This document shows positions 11,255-21,194 of a stretch of 45,466 nucleotides of DNA, one piece after another (position 1 is the first letter of the stretch; each line of letters opens with the position of its first letter). The stretch lies in IMG/VR virus record IMGVR_UViG_2609459834_000005; one strand, 5' to 3'. Below the pieces are notes generated by a model that ran no database searches, was not told where the DNA came from, and saw only the letters and a list, made by a program, of their open reading frames with translations. The DNA is from a virus (lineage: Duplodnaviria; Heunggongvirae; Uroviricota; Caudoviricetes). Position numbers and translations under genes: made by a program.

Positions 11255-14200
11255 TACCGATATGCTCCACTTAACCGACCACCATCACGGGCCTGCTGTT
11301 GCATAAAGTCCGCTGCCGCTTTTTTCCCGAGGTCATAAACCGCCTTCAGGGCAGCCGGACCTATCTGCCCGTTCGTGCCATCGTTATTGATCTCGATGTT
11401 GTACTGCGGGGAAAACATCGCCATACCTGACCCCCCAATATCCGCCACAACCCCCAGCTTACCGTCAGCACCACGACGCAATGGCAGAATGGCTTCAGGT
11501 CCCGCTTCCCCCATCACACCCGCGCCTTTTGCAAAAGCAAAAAACGTCGGACGGTTAACCACCGTGCCACTGTAACGACTCAAATCAGCAGACTGATAAA
11601 TCCCCCCATTGGCATTCAGGGAAAGGCTGCTGAGATCAAATCCCAGTACACTGCCAATCCCTTTTATCGATTTCATCATGGTTGCCTGCGCCAGGATTTT
11701 CGCCATATCTGACAGCACAGAAGAGGTGAAGGATTTGAAATTGAGTTTGCCGGTAGTGACAAAAGTTGCCAGGCCATTTCCCATGTTGCTGAAGGCTGAC
11801 GAGAACACCTGTTCTGCTGTTTCTGCCGTATTATCTGCATCCACGGTAAAATCCTGAAATGCACGCAGGACTCCGTTTTTCCAGTTACCCTGCACAACTT
11901 CAAGCTGTTGCCAGTAACGGCGATTCTCATTCAGTTGTCGGTTCAGGCTCTCCGTCAGCGCCTGCTCGGCCTTTCTGTAGTCATCCGTGTTATATGTCCC
12001 TTTCTGCTCACTATCCCGCCTCAACTGCTCCAGCTGTTGCTGGTATTTCTGGCGAAGACTCAGTTGTACCTGATATCGCTGTCGCTGCTGATCACCCATA
12101 CCCACCGTGGCGATATCCAGGTCATGTTGCTGACGCTGAGCGCGCTCTTCTTCAGCCAGTTGACTGGTCAGCTGAATTGTTTTTTTCTTCAGCTCGTTGA
12201 GTGCCGTCTGTTTCTGAAGCTCCTGCTGTTTTACATCCAGCAGCGTCAGTGCCTGAATCAGTTCATCTTTACGGGTCAGCACACTCTTTTCATCTGCCGT
12301 CAGTTTTTTCCCGTCCAGGTCGCTGATGCGCTGCTGCAGAGCCAGAAGCTGTTTATGCGCTTCTGTCATCCTTTCCGTGGCAATGCCTGCTGACTGTCTG
12401 GCAGCAGCAATCTGTCCTTCCACCTGTGCCTGTTGCTGACTGTACTGCAGCAATAACCGGGTGGCCTCATCATTACGGGTTTCGCGTGTTTTTTTCTTAC
12501 CGGATGCCAGGGCTTTCTCGTAACGTTCATTTTCACGTTGTATCGCCGCATCCCTGACAGCCTGATCGGCGTACTGCATGGCATTAATACGCGCAATTTC
12601 ACGCTGATGTCGTGCTGCTTCCGTTTCATTCATCCGGTTCAGTGCAGCATTTTCAGCATTACGTCGTTTCTGTTGCTCCTGATAATTCCGCTCTGCCTGC
12701 TCTTTTGCATCCTGCAAATCCTTCTGGCGTTTTTTCTCCTGAAGATCGTTAAGACGCTGCTGATCGTATTCAACCTGAGAAGATGATGCCGTCCAGGGGA
12801 GTCTTTTCGCCCGCGACACTTTCTCCTGTAAAGCGGCAATCTGTTCATCCAGCGAGTCTTCACGACCAATATTCATGGCCGCATCCCAGAAACGACTCCA
12901 CAAATCAGACAGATACTTCAGCGTACTGCCAAGCGCATTGAGGTTATTATCAATATCCGCAGTACGCCGACCGGTTTCCTCTGCCAGTGCAGACATGGCT
13001 ATCCGTGCAGCATCACTGGACCGTCCCTGATCCCCAAGGACACGTATCTGCTCAAGCTGAGTGGCAGTAAGAAAATGCAGCTCATTGTCCAGAGCCTTCG
13101 CGGCATTTACAGGATCATCCTTCAGCCGCTTAAACTGATTTATGGTATCGCTGACCGACTGGCCAACCGATCGCTCCATCTGTGCGGCAGCTCTCGCCAC
13201 CATACCGATATCGTTTCCACGAAATGCACCACTCCCCACCACCTGAGCCATCGCACCGGCTGCAGCATGTTGCGTGATACCATTCCCGGAAATAGCACGA
13301 CTGAGCGTCCACAGCTGCCCGGCAGTGACTCCGGCATAATGCCCCGTCAGCGACAACTGGCGGTTAAATTCTTCCCCCTCCTTCTGACCGTCATACCAGG
13401 CTTTACCCAGACCATAGACGGCCGCGGCAATACCGCCAATAACCCCGCCAAGCATCATGCCTTTCGGTGACATCAGTGTGTCTATCCATCCGGCACGGTT
13501 AGCCAGCGTTATCCCGGATCCCCTCAGCGCCCCTAAATTGCCGCGGGCCAGTTCACCTATCAGAACGCCTATCTCCTGGCGGGCTGCTGCACTTTTCAGA
13601 CCCAGCGAATGCGTGGCTTTTCCTGCCTGCTCCATTTTGCGGATATACACTTCTGCAGCACTGCTTACCCCCAGCTGGGCTGCCTTAGCACGAAGCAACT
13701 CAGAAGATGAAAGATTCAGGCGGGTTGCCTGCTCTTTAAGCTGACGGATAAACGCCACTTTCTGTCGGGTAGCCTCTTCCTCAGCCTGTGTAAGAACACG
13801 GGTTTTCGCAGTAACCTCAGAAATCAGCGCCAGATAATCCTGCTGACCAATCCCGCCACTGTTTCTGGCCTGTCGGATCTGCTGCTGAATACGCTGTAAT
13901 TCCTGCAGCCCCGCACTGGCCTGTTTCACACTGTCAATCTGACGATAAAACGCAGCAGCCGCTTTATCCTGAGCCTCCGCCAGAGCCATGGCCTGCGCCT
14001 GTTCCTCGCGCATTTTCTGGCTCAGTGCCTCCATGCGCTGGCGGGTTTTCTCCACCTCGCGGGCCATGCGTTCATGAGCCTGTGCGTTCTTCTCCACCGT
14101 CTGCGCATGGACGGATGCGGCTGTTGCAGCCGAAGAAGCTGCCTGCGTTGTCTGCCGGGCGGCCTGAGTCTGACGCTCCATAAAACGCTGCATACGGGCA

Positions 14201-14319
14201 GAAGACCGTTCTGCATCGCTGGCTGCACCATTCAGAAGGTTTTTGATACGGGGAATTTCATTTTTAAACTCTGCCGCATCAATCCCCAAATCAATGACCA
14301 GGTTGGCTATCTGGTCCAT
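11254..14319 (-). CDS. H: tail tape measure protein H
   Basis: Long coiled-coil-rich ORF with lambda H-like C-terminus (NDGTNGQIGPAALKAVYD); start set at ATG 14319 preceded by GGAGGTG (track ORF starts at TTG 14349). Confidence 0.85.
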   Translation of the reverse strand: MDQIANLVIDLGIDAAEFKNEIPRIKNLLNGAASDAERSSARMQRFMERQTQAARQTTQAASSAATAASVHAQTVEKNAQAHERMAREVEKTRQRMEALSQKMREEQAQAMALAEAQDKAAAAFYRQIDSVKQASAGLQELQRIQQQIRQARNSGGIGQQDYLALISEVTAKTRVLTQAEEEATRQKVAFIRQLKEQATRLNLSSSELLRAKAAQLGVSSAAEVYIRKMEQAGKATHSLGLKSAAARQEIGVLIGELARGNLGALRGSGITLANRAGWIDTLMSPKGMMLGGVIGGIAAAVYGLGKAWYDGQKEGEEFNRQLSLTGHYAGVTAGQLWTLSRAISGNGITQHAAAGAMAQVVGSGAFRGNDIGMVARAAAQMERSVGQSVSDTINQFKRLKDDPVNAAKALDNELHFLTATQLEQIRVLGDQGRSSDAARIAMSALAEETGRRTADIDNNLNALGSTLKYLSDLWSRFWDAAMNIGREDSLDEQIAALQEKVSRAKRLPWTASSSQVEYDQQRLNDLQEKKRQKDLQDAKEQAERNYQEQQKRRNAENAALNRMNETEAARHQREIARINAMQYADQAVRDAAIQRENERYEKALASGKKKTRETRNDEATRLLLQYSQQQAQVEGQIAAARQSAGIATERMTEAHKQLLALQQRISDLDGKKLTADEKSVLTRKDELIQALTLLDVKQQELQKQTALNELKKKTIQLTSQLAEEERAQRQQHDLDIATVGMGDQQRQRYQVQLSLRQKYQQQLEQLRRDSEQKGTYNTDDYRKAEQALTESLNRQLNENRRYWQQLEVVQGNWKNGVLRAFQDFTVDADNTAETAEQVFSSAFSNMGNGLATFVTTGKLNFKSFTSSVLSDMAKILAQATMMKSIKGIGSVLGFDLSSLSLNANGGIYQSADLSRYSGTVVNRPTFFAFAKGAGVMGEAGPEAILPLRRGADGKLGVVADIGGSGMAMFSPQYNIEINNDGTNGQIGPAALKAVYDLGKKAAADFMQQQARDGGRLSGAYR

Positions 14320-15015
14320 AACGCACACCTCCGGAAATACCTTCCCCAAGATGCATCAGTTCTTCGTCCGTTCGCTCCGGTATCCCGTTCTCTTCCGGTA
14401 AAAGGCTGAAATCAGCCACCGCAGCATCACTGCTGCCGGACACCATTCTCACGATCAATGCCTTCAGCGAGGCAAACTGCGCATCCATCCACACATCACT
14501 GAAGCTCTGCATCCGGAAATAATCGCCCCACTCACCAAGCTCAGTGGCCGACATTTCCGACAGCATCCGCCGCCAGTCTGCCCGCCGGAACTCCCGGGCA
14601 AGCCGCATGACAAACTGCATTTCCCGCGTCAGGACTTTTCCGGCGTCAGCGCCTCATGCTCATCATCCACGGCATTATCAATGGCCCCCATACCGCTCAG
14701 CGACAGAACCATCTCCGCCCCCGCACCCAGGGCATCATACGACCATGTTGTAATAACGGATGCGCAAAGCGTCTCTACATCCTTAGACTGATCCGCATTC
14801 CACAGTGAGCGGGAAACCAGCCAGGCATTGATATCCATCCCCATCCGCAGAAAAGCAATCTGTCGTTCAGCCTCCGGCAGTTCTCCCTCCCCGGCATCAA
14901 ACTTTGCCGTTCGCTGCTGAACAAACGTCAGATATTCAATTCTCTGCAGCCCGGACAGCTCACTGAGCACCACGGACTGTTTTTCATAATTAAACGTGTC
15001 CTGTTTCAGAAACAT
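14291..15015 (-). CDS. T: tail assembly chaperone GT fusion (needs a -1 ribosomal frameshift near plus 14635-14641)
   Basis: T frame (track ORF 14291..14620) is -1 relative to G and open only from ~14653 downward; conserved G/T arrangement upstream of H. Confidence 0.6.
14629..15015 (-). CDS. G: tail assembly chaperone G
   Basis: ORF starting MFLKQ (lambda G starts MFLK), SD GGTGGAGA upstream; stop at 14629. Confidence 0.8.
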   Translation of the reverse strand: MFLKQDTFNYEKQSVVLSELSGLQRIEYLTFVQQRTAKFDAGEGELPEAERQIAFLRMGMDINAWLVSRSLWNADQSKDVETLCASVITTWSYDALGAGAEMVLSLSGMGAIDNAVDDEHEALTPEKS

Positions 15016-15075
15016 CATGTTCTCCACCTGCAAAAAAGCCCCGAATAACCGGGGCAAATGATGAGTATCGTCCTG

Positions 15076-15819
15076 TTAACCTGCTGCGCTGACAGTCACC
15101 GCAGTCACAGCCACAAAATTCCCGTCAGCGGTCATGCCCACAATGCTGACACTGCCCTGCTTCACGCCTTTTACCGTGGCCACAAGTCCGTTCAGGGTAA
15201 CCGTGGCAGTCTGTGGATCTGACGAATGCACACTGATCGCTTTGTCACTGGCTCCGTCAGGTTTTACTGTAAAGGTCAGCGTGGTGGTTGCTCCCACTTT
15301 TACACTGGCAGACGCCGGTGATACTGTCAGCCCGGTAACGCTCACGGTTTCAGTGCCTTCCTCTGCCAGATACGGACGCCCCACACCGCTGATTTTCACA
15401 GTGCGGGTCATCACGTCTTTTGAGGCAATGGTTTTACCCAGTGAGCTCAGCCAGCCACGGAAAACATCAACAGTGCCGTTGGGATATTTGATACGAAACG
15501 CGCAGACTTCACCGGAGTCGAACAACTGAACCAGTTTTTTCTGCCCGCTGTCACCCGGACGCCAGGCCAGCGTCGCCGAAGTATCACCAACGGATTTCTG
15601 CCCCTGGGTTGTCGTTTTCCAGTCTGCATCTTCATCATCGAGATAAGTGTCATCTTCTGCATCAGCGGTCATTTCGCCAGGTTGCAGATCCTTCACCATC
15701 GCAAGACGCAGCCAGTCAGTGTCCGACAAAGGGTTCGCAAACGCATCGCCGTTGCCGGTATACATCCAGAACGTCGTCCCCGCACCTTTCGTCTTTGCCA
15801 GTGGATTTGGTGTGGTCAT
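15076..15819 (-). CDS. V: major tail protein V with C-terminal Ig-like domain
   Basis: Lambda V-like; ATG at 15819 preceded by AGGAGGTG. Confidence 0.9.
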   Translation of the reverse strand: MTTPNPLAKTKGAGTTFWMYTGNGDAFANPLSDTDWLRLAMVKDLQPGEMTADAEDDTYLDDEDADWKTTTQGQKSVGDTSATLAWRPGDSGQKKLVQLFDSGEVCAFRIKYPNGTVDVFRGWLSSLGKTIASKDVMTRTVKISGVGRPYLAEEGTETVSVTGLTVSPASASVKVGATTTLTFTVKPDGASDKAISVHSSDPQTATVTLNGLVATVKGVKQGSVSIVGMTADGNFVAVTAVTVSAAG

Positions 15820-15829
15820 TACCACCTCC

Positions 15830-16243
15830 TTAATTCGTGTACGTGATCTGGTACGTGATTTCCGCCATCGCCCAGGTGGCCATCTCATTATCACGTTGAT
15901 AGTTAAAACCGAGTGGGATCAGGGTGTCGATGAGTCCGGAAAGTGCCGGTATATCATTCAGGGCAGGGAAAATGGTGCTCTCCATCCACATATCCAGCTC
16001 TGAATCCGGTGCCTGTGCCCGGATGAAGACGGCAATATGCAGAACAGCCTGCCAGTCATCTTCATCCGTCATTTTTCCGGTGTACTGAGCATCACTCAGC
16101 CACACCGCCACGGCAGGCAGTTCCTGCGCATCAATAAATGCCGGAAGCCCGTCAAAAAACGTGGCGCTGTCTCCACACTGTTCCCGAAGGCGTGCCAGTA
16201 CGGCCTGGCGGATTTGTGTATGTCGGTTCATCGGGTCAGCCAT
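15830..16243 (-). CDS. U: tail terminator protein U
   Basis: 137-aa ORF, lambda U-like (alternative start 16231). Confidence 0.85.
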   Translation of the reverse strand: MADPMNRHTQIRQAVLARLREQCGDSATFFDGLPAFIDAQELPAVAVWLSDAQYTGKMTDEDDWQAVLHIAVFIRAQAPDSELDMWMESTIFPALNDIPALSGLIDTLIPLGFNYQRDNEMATWAMAEITYQITYTN

Positions 16244-16806
16244 AACCTCAGTTGTTGTTTTAGTGCATACCCCAGCTGTTTCGGCATTTCCGCAGCAATG
16301 ATGTGGTCGCGGGCATCTTCAAATGCCTGTGTCAGCGGTCCGGACAGCGGGATTTTCACCACATCAATGGGGTAACGATTTTTGCCATCAATACGTCGCA
16401 TCACATGCCAGCGACCATTCGCCAGTTGCTGAATAAACGCATCCCGGAAAAGATATTTACCCACCTTCAGCACACTGCCACGGTACTGCAGTTTTCCACC
16501 ACGCCGGGCCAGTCTGACCCGGGCTGTCCCCAGCTTAATGGCGGGCAGATTGCCCCGGTTAACGCGGATCCTGACCGTCATTTTTCCTGACGGACTGGCT
16601 TTAAACACCCGGACACGCTGACGTACCAGTTTCAGGGGGATCCCTTTCACCTGGTTATCTCCCGCAACGGTATTCCCGGCAACCTGCCGGGTGGCAACCG
16701 AGACCGCTTTCTGTGCCACACGGTTTATCGCCCATGCGCTGGCCTGTGGCACCATACGGGTATCAAGGCTGTTCAGATTGCGGATGGCATTCTCAAGCCC
16801 CTTCAT
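16228..16806 (-). CDS. Z: tail completion protein Z
   Basis: 192-aa ORF, lambda Z-like; SD AGAGGTG. Confidence 0.85.
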   Translation of the reverse strand: MKGLENAIRNLNSLDTRMVPQASAWAINRVAQKAVSVATRQVAGNTVAGDNQVKGIPLKLVRQRVRVFKASPSGKMTVRIRVNRGNLPAIKLGTARVRLARRGGKLQYRGSVLKVGKYLFRDAFIQQLANGRWHVMRRIDGKNRYPIDVVKIPLSGPLTQAFEDARDHIIAAEMPKQLGYALKQQLRLWLTR

Positions 16807-16817
16807 CCCACACCTCT

Positions 16818-17093
16818 TTACTCAATAAAGATCATTGGCTTACCGTTAAAACGTTCATGCCGTGTGACCGTCCATTGTTGTCCGTCATAAACAACGCGAT
16901 CCCCGCGCCGTGGGCGGTATCCCGAAGAAAACACCACCAGAGAGACCGCAGGTCCGGACAGAGCATTCAGCTCTGCCAGTGTTTCTCCCGGGATCACAGT
17001 CATATCGACATCATTAATCGAGGCTGTCTTTCCCATCTTTCTGACCGTGATCGCATCCATACGCGCTGCCAGCCGGGAAAAGGGATCAGACAT
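16818..17093 (-). CDS. putative head-tail joining / head completion protein (FII-like position)
   Basis: 91-aa ORF between head and tail modules; assignment by position. Confidence 0.45.
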   Translation of the reverse strand: MSDPFSRLAARMDAITVRKMGKTASINDVDMTVIPGETLAELNALSGPAVSLVVFSSGYRPRRGDRVVYDGQQWTVTRHERFNGKPMIFIE

Positions 17094-17409
17094 TGAGTTT
17101 TACCGGCACTTCTTCTGCACTGGTTCCGGCATCTGCCCAGACAACCCCGACCAGCGGCTCAGAGCCGCTGTTAGTCAGCTGAACTTTTCCTGACTTCAGA
17201 TAAACCTTCTTACCCGTTTTCATGTCATCCGTTTTCAGCTTAGGCAGCATAAACACACCTTCGGTTATGCCGTCGCCTGTTTCTCCCTGTGGAATATCGG
17301 TCAGCGCCACCGCAAAAACATCCCCCACCTGCACCAGATCTCCGCTGCTGATGGCTGCACTGGCAACAATCGCCACCGTTTTTCCTTCTTCTACAAAATT
17401 CTTTGCCAT
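17086..17409 (-). CDS. small head-associated protein (possible DUF2190 / decoration-like)
   Basis: 107 aa from ATG 17409 with SD GGAGACAG, directly downstream of capsid gene. Confidence 0.45.
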   Translation of the reverse strand: MAKNFVEEGKTVAIVASAAISSGDLVQVGDVFAVALTDIPQGETGDGITEGVFMLPKLKTDDMKTGKKVYLKSGKVQLTNSGSEPLVGVVWADAGTSAEEVPVKLNV

Positions 17410-17453
17410 AACTGTCTCCGCACAGCCCCGTTCAGGGGCTGATTTCAGGTACA

Positions 17454-17480
17454 AAAAAAGCCCTTACGGGCCATCAGAGT
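17454..17480 (-). terminator. candidate terminator downstream of major capsid gene
   Basis: Minus strand gcccgtaagggc hairpin followed by TTTTTTT. Confidence 0.45.
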
Positions 17481-17495
17481 TGTTGTCTGCGACGT

Positions 17496-19454
17496 TTACG
17501 CCGTACATTTCACCAGGCCGCGGTGATCAACTGGCGCAACACCAGCGTCAATACGCACTTTCGTTGTCACGCCATCCACACTGAAGCCCTCCATCTGATC
17601 AATATATGGCGTATCCACACCGTTGAGATAAGCCACTTCAATCGTATCGGAGCCTTTGGACGCAGCCAGGTAGAAGGTGGTCTGGCTGTTATCATCAAGA
17701 CGAGGCTCTGCAATAACGGTCGCAAAATCTTTCACCGGGTTAATAATACCGGCGTTAATGTCAGCCCCCTTGACACTTGAGGAGCGAATGACCTGGTTAG
17801 CAACAGACTCCATCGCCGTCGGTACCAGTACGAACGCAGGACGAATATTCAGATGACGCTCACCCTCTTTCTGAACGCGCATCAACTGGCGGGCTTTATC
17901 CAGCGATGCCACGTCCATTGCCGCGCTCTCCAGTACGTTTGCATGTTTCGCTTTATCGAACAGACTTACATTATCTGTGGAGATTTTCGGGTTAGACGTC
18001 AGAATGGCATAAACCAGATCGGCAATAGTGGATTTCGCCGCACGGCCCAGCTTCATCGGGACATCGGTCAGCATATTCAGATCATCATTGATAATGGCCT
18101 GACGGGTGATACTGAACAGCTCGCCATAGGTCGCCAGTGCAATAGTGGCCTGTTTATCTCCGGTGGTGACGTATTTATATTCTGCCCCTTCACGCACCTG
18201 ACGCAGAGCACTGAAGCCCCCCATACCCACACGATGGGCAATTTTAAAATCAGACAACTGACCTTTCCGCGTCCACTGTTCATAGGTTTCAGGGGCATCT
18301 TCCCAGCCCTGCAGAATGGCTTTGTTCGCAACATCCAGCAGAATATTACCGAAGTCAGACGTACTGTGTGTGAACGCCGCACCGACCATCTGCATCGGGT
18401 TATAACTGGAAACACCAATACCACGTTCAGTCAGTGACATACGGGCATATTCACGCAGGGTCATCCCGTTGTAGACATTATCACGTTCAGTTTTTTCAAA
18501 CCCGGCGCGCGCCATCAGCGCCTGGCGGATCCCGTCCCCCACAAAATTACCGTTACCGGCATAAATATGAGCCGGGGTATTTTTATTGGATGGCGTGGAC
18601 TCGCGCCCCATCTCGTTCAACAGCTTTTCGCGGGCCTGCTCCAGCGAACATTCAGGATCGGCAAGACACTGAGCCTGCAACGACTGATAACGCCCGCCAA
18701 ACATGGCAAACAGATCATTAATACCGTTTACACGCGCTTTTTGCTCTGCCAGGACCTGCGCACGGATGCTGTTTTCATCCACCACGGGTGCTGCTGCCTG
18801 CACTGGCGTCCGGGAGGCTGCAGGTCCATCATCCTGTACGCGTGGAGCACTGTTGCGTGGCGGAGTAATCATATTTCGAATGGATTCCGGCATCTTTTTA
18901 AATTCCTCTGTACGTTTTGACTGAATACATGCCATTGCCTTAACGGCTGGTGTCACCTGATCAGCAAATCCCTGTGCCAGACATTCGGCACCGGACATCC
19001 AGGTCTCATCCGCCAGCATGGCAGCAATTTCATCGGTGGTTTTCCCGGTTTTCTGTGCATAAGCGGGTAACAGAACCGCCTCAACTTTATCGAGCAGGTC
19101 GGCATAGGTGCGCATGTCCTCCGCATCACCGCCCGTAAAGCCAAATGGTTTATGAATCATCATGAAGGAGTTTTCCGGCATAATGACCGGGTTTCCCACC
19201 ATCGCAATGACCGACGCCATTGACGCCGCCACACCGTCGACATAAACGGTAATGGACGCACCATGTGTTTTCAGTGCATTAAAAATGGCGATGCCTTCAA
19301 AGACATCGCCACCCGGTGAATTAATATGGAGATTAATGTGGGTGATATCGCCCAGTGCATTCAGATCACTGATAAACTGCTTCGCCGTAACACCCCAGAA
19401 ACCAATCTCGTCATAAATATAAATATCCGCGTCACTCTGGTGACCTGCCTGCAT
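17496..19454 (-). CDS. prohead protease (ClpP-like) / scaffold / major capsid fusion protein
   Basis: N-terminal ClpP-like motifs, Ala/Pro-rich linker, capsid-like C-terminal half; start set at ATG 19454 just after portal stop. Confidence 0.75.
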   Translation of the reverse strand: MQAGHQSDADIYIYDEIGFWGVTAKQFISDLNALGDITHINLHINSPGGDVFEGIAIFNALKTHGASITVYVDGVAASMASVIAMVGNPVIMPENSFMMIHKPFGFTGGDAEDMRTYADLLDKVEAVLLPAYAQKTGKTTDEIAAMLADETWMSGAECLAQGFADQVTPAVKAMACIQSKRTEEFKKMPESIRNMITPPRNSAPRVQDDGPAASRTPVQAAAPVVDENSIRAQVLAEQKARVNGINDLFAMFGGRYQSLQAQCLADPECSLEQAREKLLNEMGRESTPSNKNTPAHIYAGNGNFVGDGIRQALMARAGFEKTERDNVYNGMTLREYARMSLTERGIGVSSYNPMQMVGAAFTHSTSDFGNILLDVANKAILQGWEDAPETYEQWTRKGQLSDFKIAHRVGMGGFSALRQVREGAEYKYVTTGDKQATIALATYGELFSITRQAIINDDLNMLTDVPMKLGRAAKSTIADLVYAILTSNPKISTDNVSLFDKAKHANVLESAAMDVASLDKARQLMRVQKEGERHLNIRPAFVLVPTAMESVANQVIRSSSVKGADINAGIINPVKDFATVIAEPRLDDNSQTTFYLAASKGSDTIEVAYLNGVDTPYIDQMEGFSVDGVTTKVRIDAGVAPVDHRGLVKCTA

Positions 19455-19467
19455 CCTGAACCAGGAA

Positions 19468-20976
19468 TTATTCTTCGGACTGGTCGTCGGTGTGCTGCGG
19501 CTCCTGTCGTTTCGTTGCGGCACTGCTGCCTCCTTTATCACTGGCCGGATCGGTATCAAATACCAGATCCAGCTTGCGGTTTTCATCAATTTCGGCCTTG
19601 CGCCGACGTTTGACATCATCCGGATTACGACCACCTGCACGTACCCAGTCTGATTCTGTCGCCGCTCCACCACGAATCTGAATTTTCCAGGCCTCAGCCT
19701 CCTTAACAGGGTCAATCCACGGCATCACCGGTCCGGAATACACCGCGGTATACAGTGAAGATCGGTCCAGATCGCGGGGTAGCCTGATAACACCGGATGC
19801 CACAGCCTGTTTCAGCCAGGCACGGTACATCGGGCGGGTGACGGCACCAATAAACCAGTCCTGCAGGATCAGGTAGCCATCAGTAGATTCAACCAGCTCC
19901 TGACGCTGGGCGCTGTAAGTGCCGTTATAGTTGCGCGCTGTACTGGAAAAACTCAGACGACTGCCCGCAGCCACGGCACGCAACTGACCATTACGAAAAG
20001 TTTCAAGGTTAGGATTGGGGCGATCCGACTTCACCATTCCGATTTCTTCGCCGGGTTTCAGATCGTCGTAAATAATGCCTGGCTGAATGGTAAGCTCGCG
20101 TTCATTCTCCTTGCTGTCATTACCATCCGTTTCATAGCTCTGTCCGTCGCCTTTCCGGATGTACATCCCCAGAGCAGCGGCGATCCTTGCTGCAGTCAGC
20201 TCAGAATCTTCATACTCTTTCAGAGCACTGAGGCGGATCAGCACACCGGACAACAAAGACGTCCCGCGCATCTGGTGCAGACGGCGAACAAATTTAAGAT
20301 GCAGCATTCGCTCTGCATCCACTTCTTTGGTTTCCATCTGCCGCCCGGATACGGGACGGCTTTTATACACCAGATATTTTTCGGGACGCCCCCAGTCATC
20401 AACAAACACGCCCTGATTCAGCCTGTTGCTCTCATCACTGGTCATGGGAATAAAGTCCGGCTCGAGCGCCTCCAGCCAGAAATGAACACCGGCAGAAGGC
20501 GTCAGGCTGTTTATGCGCCCGGAAACCATCTGGGCAAACACCTCACCATCGCGCAGCCAGGTACGCAGCATCAGACGTTCCAGCATCGGACGGGTAAACT
20601 GCCCGGTGACCTCCGGACTGACAGACCATTCACTCCATCGGGTACGTATCTCCGCTGCCAGATCACGGGCAATGGCCCCATTGCGTAATACCGGATGTGG
20701 CTCGACAATAATCCCGTTTTTCCCCACCACCCGTTCTTCCAGCTTGTCAAATACACCAATGACCAGATCGTGGTTGTCATCAAGGTAACGGGCCTGCTCA
20801 CGTAACGACACGGCCCCGTACTGGCTTAACTGGTCGGCAGTTCGGCTCTCCCGTCGGGCTTTGTGTGTCCGCGTCGTTTTTACGGCCTCATAAGCCTGGA
20901 TCACCGCACGGGAACGCAGCCTTGCCGCTTTCCATCCTGGTGAAAAAACGCCAATCACATCATCAAGAATTGCCAT
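19468..20976 (-). CDS. portal protein
   Basis: ~500-aa ORF between gpW-like and protease-capsid genes; start at ATG 20976 overlapping W stop. Confidence 0.85.
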   Translation of the reverse strand: MAILDDVIGVFSPGWKAARLRSRAVIQAYEAVKTTRTHKARRESRTADQLSQYGAVSLREQARYLDDNHDLVIGVFDKLEERVVGKNGIIVEPHPVLRNGAIARDLAAEIRTRWSEWSVSPEVTGQFTRPMLERLMLRTWLRDGEVFAQMVSGRINSLTPSAGVHFWLEALEPDFIPMTSDESNRLNQGVFVDDWGRPEKYLVYKSRPVSGRQMETKEVDAERMLHLKFVRRLHQMRGTSLLSGVLIRLSALKEYEDSELTAARIAAALGMYIRKGDGQSYETDGNDSKENERELTIQPGIIYDDLKPGEEIGMVKSDRPNPNLETFRNGQLRAVAAGSRLSFSSTARNYNGTYSAQRQELVESTDGYLILQDWFIGAVTRPMYRAWLKQAVASGVIRLPRDLDRSSLYTAVYSGPVMPWIDPVKEAEAWKIQIRGGAATESDWVRAGGRNPDDVKRRRKAEIDENRKLDLVFDTDPASDKGGSSAATKRQEPQHTDDQSEE

Positions 20977-21194
20977 CAGAACCTCGCCAGCCGGTACCCG
21001 GGATGCCCCCGTCGTCGTGTAATCAGAGCCGCAAGGCGGCGCTCCCACTCCTGCCGCCCCTGCCGGATCTCAGATAAGTTTTCCATGGTCATCTGCTGAC
21101 CATTAAAAGTGACGGATTTTCCGTCCAACACCGCCATTTCAGCTTCCGTATAACGCTGAATCATGGCTTCAATATCATTCTGATTCATAACCAT
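20976..21194 (-). CDS. gpW-like head-tail joining protein
   Basis: 72-aa ORF between terminase large subunit and portal; ends ...RRRGHPGYRLARF resembling lambda W C-terminus. Confidence 0.55.
   Translation of the reverse strand: MVMNQNDIEAMIQRYTEAEMAVLDGKSVTFNGQQMTMENLSEIRQGRQEWERRLAALITRRRGHPGYRLARF

Noticed and set aside
17523-19138. Several 60-190 aa ORFs on both strands within the capsid/protease gene
   Set aside because: All are nested inside the protease-capsid ORF with no independent support.
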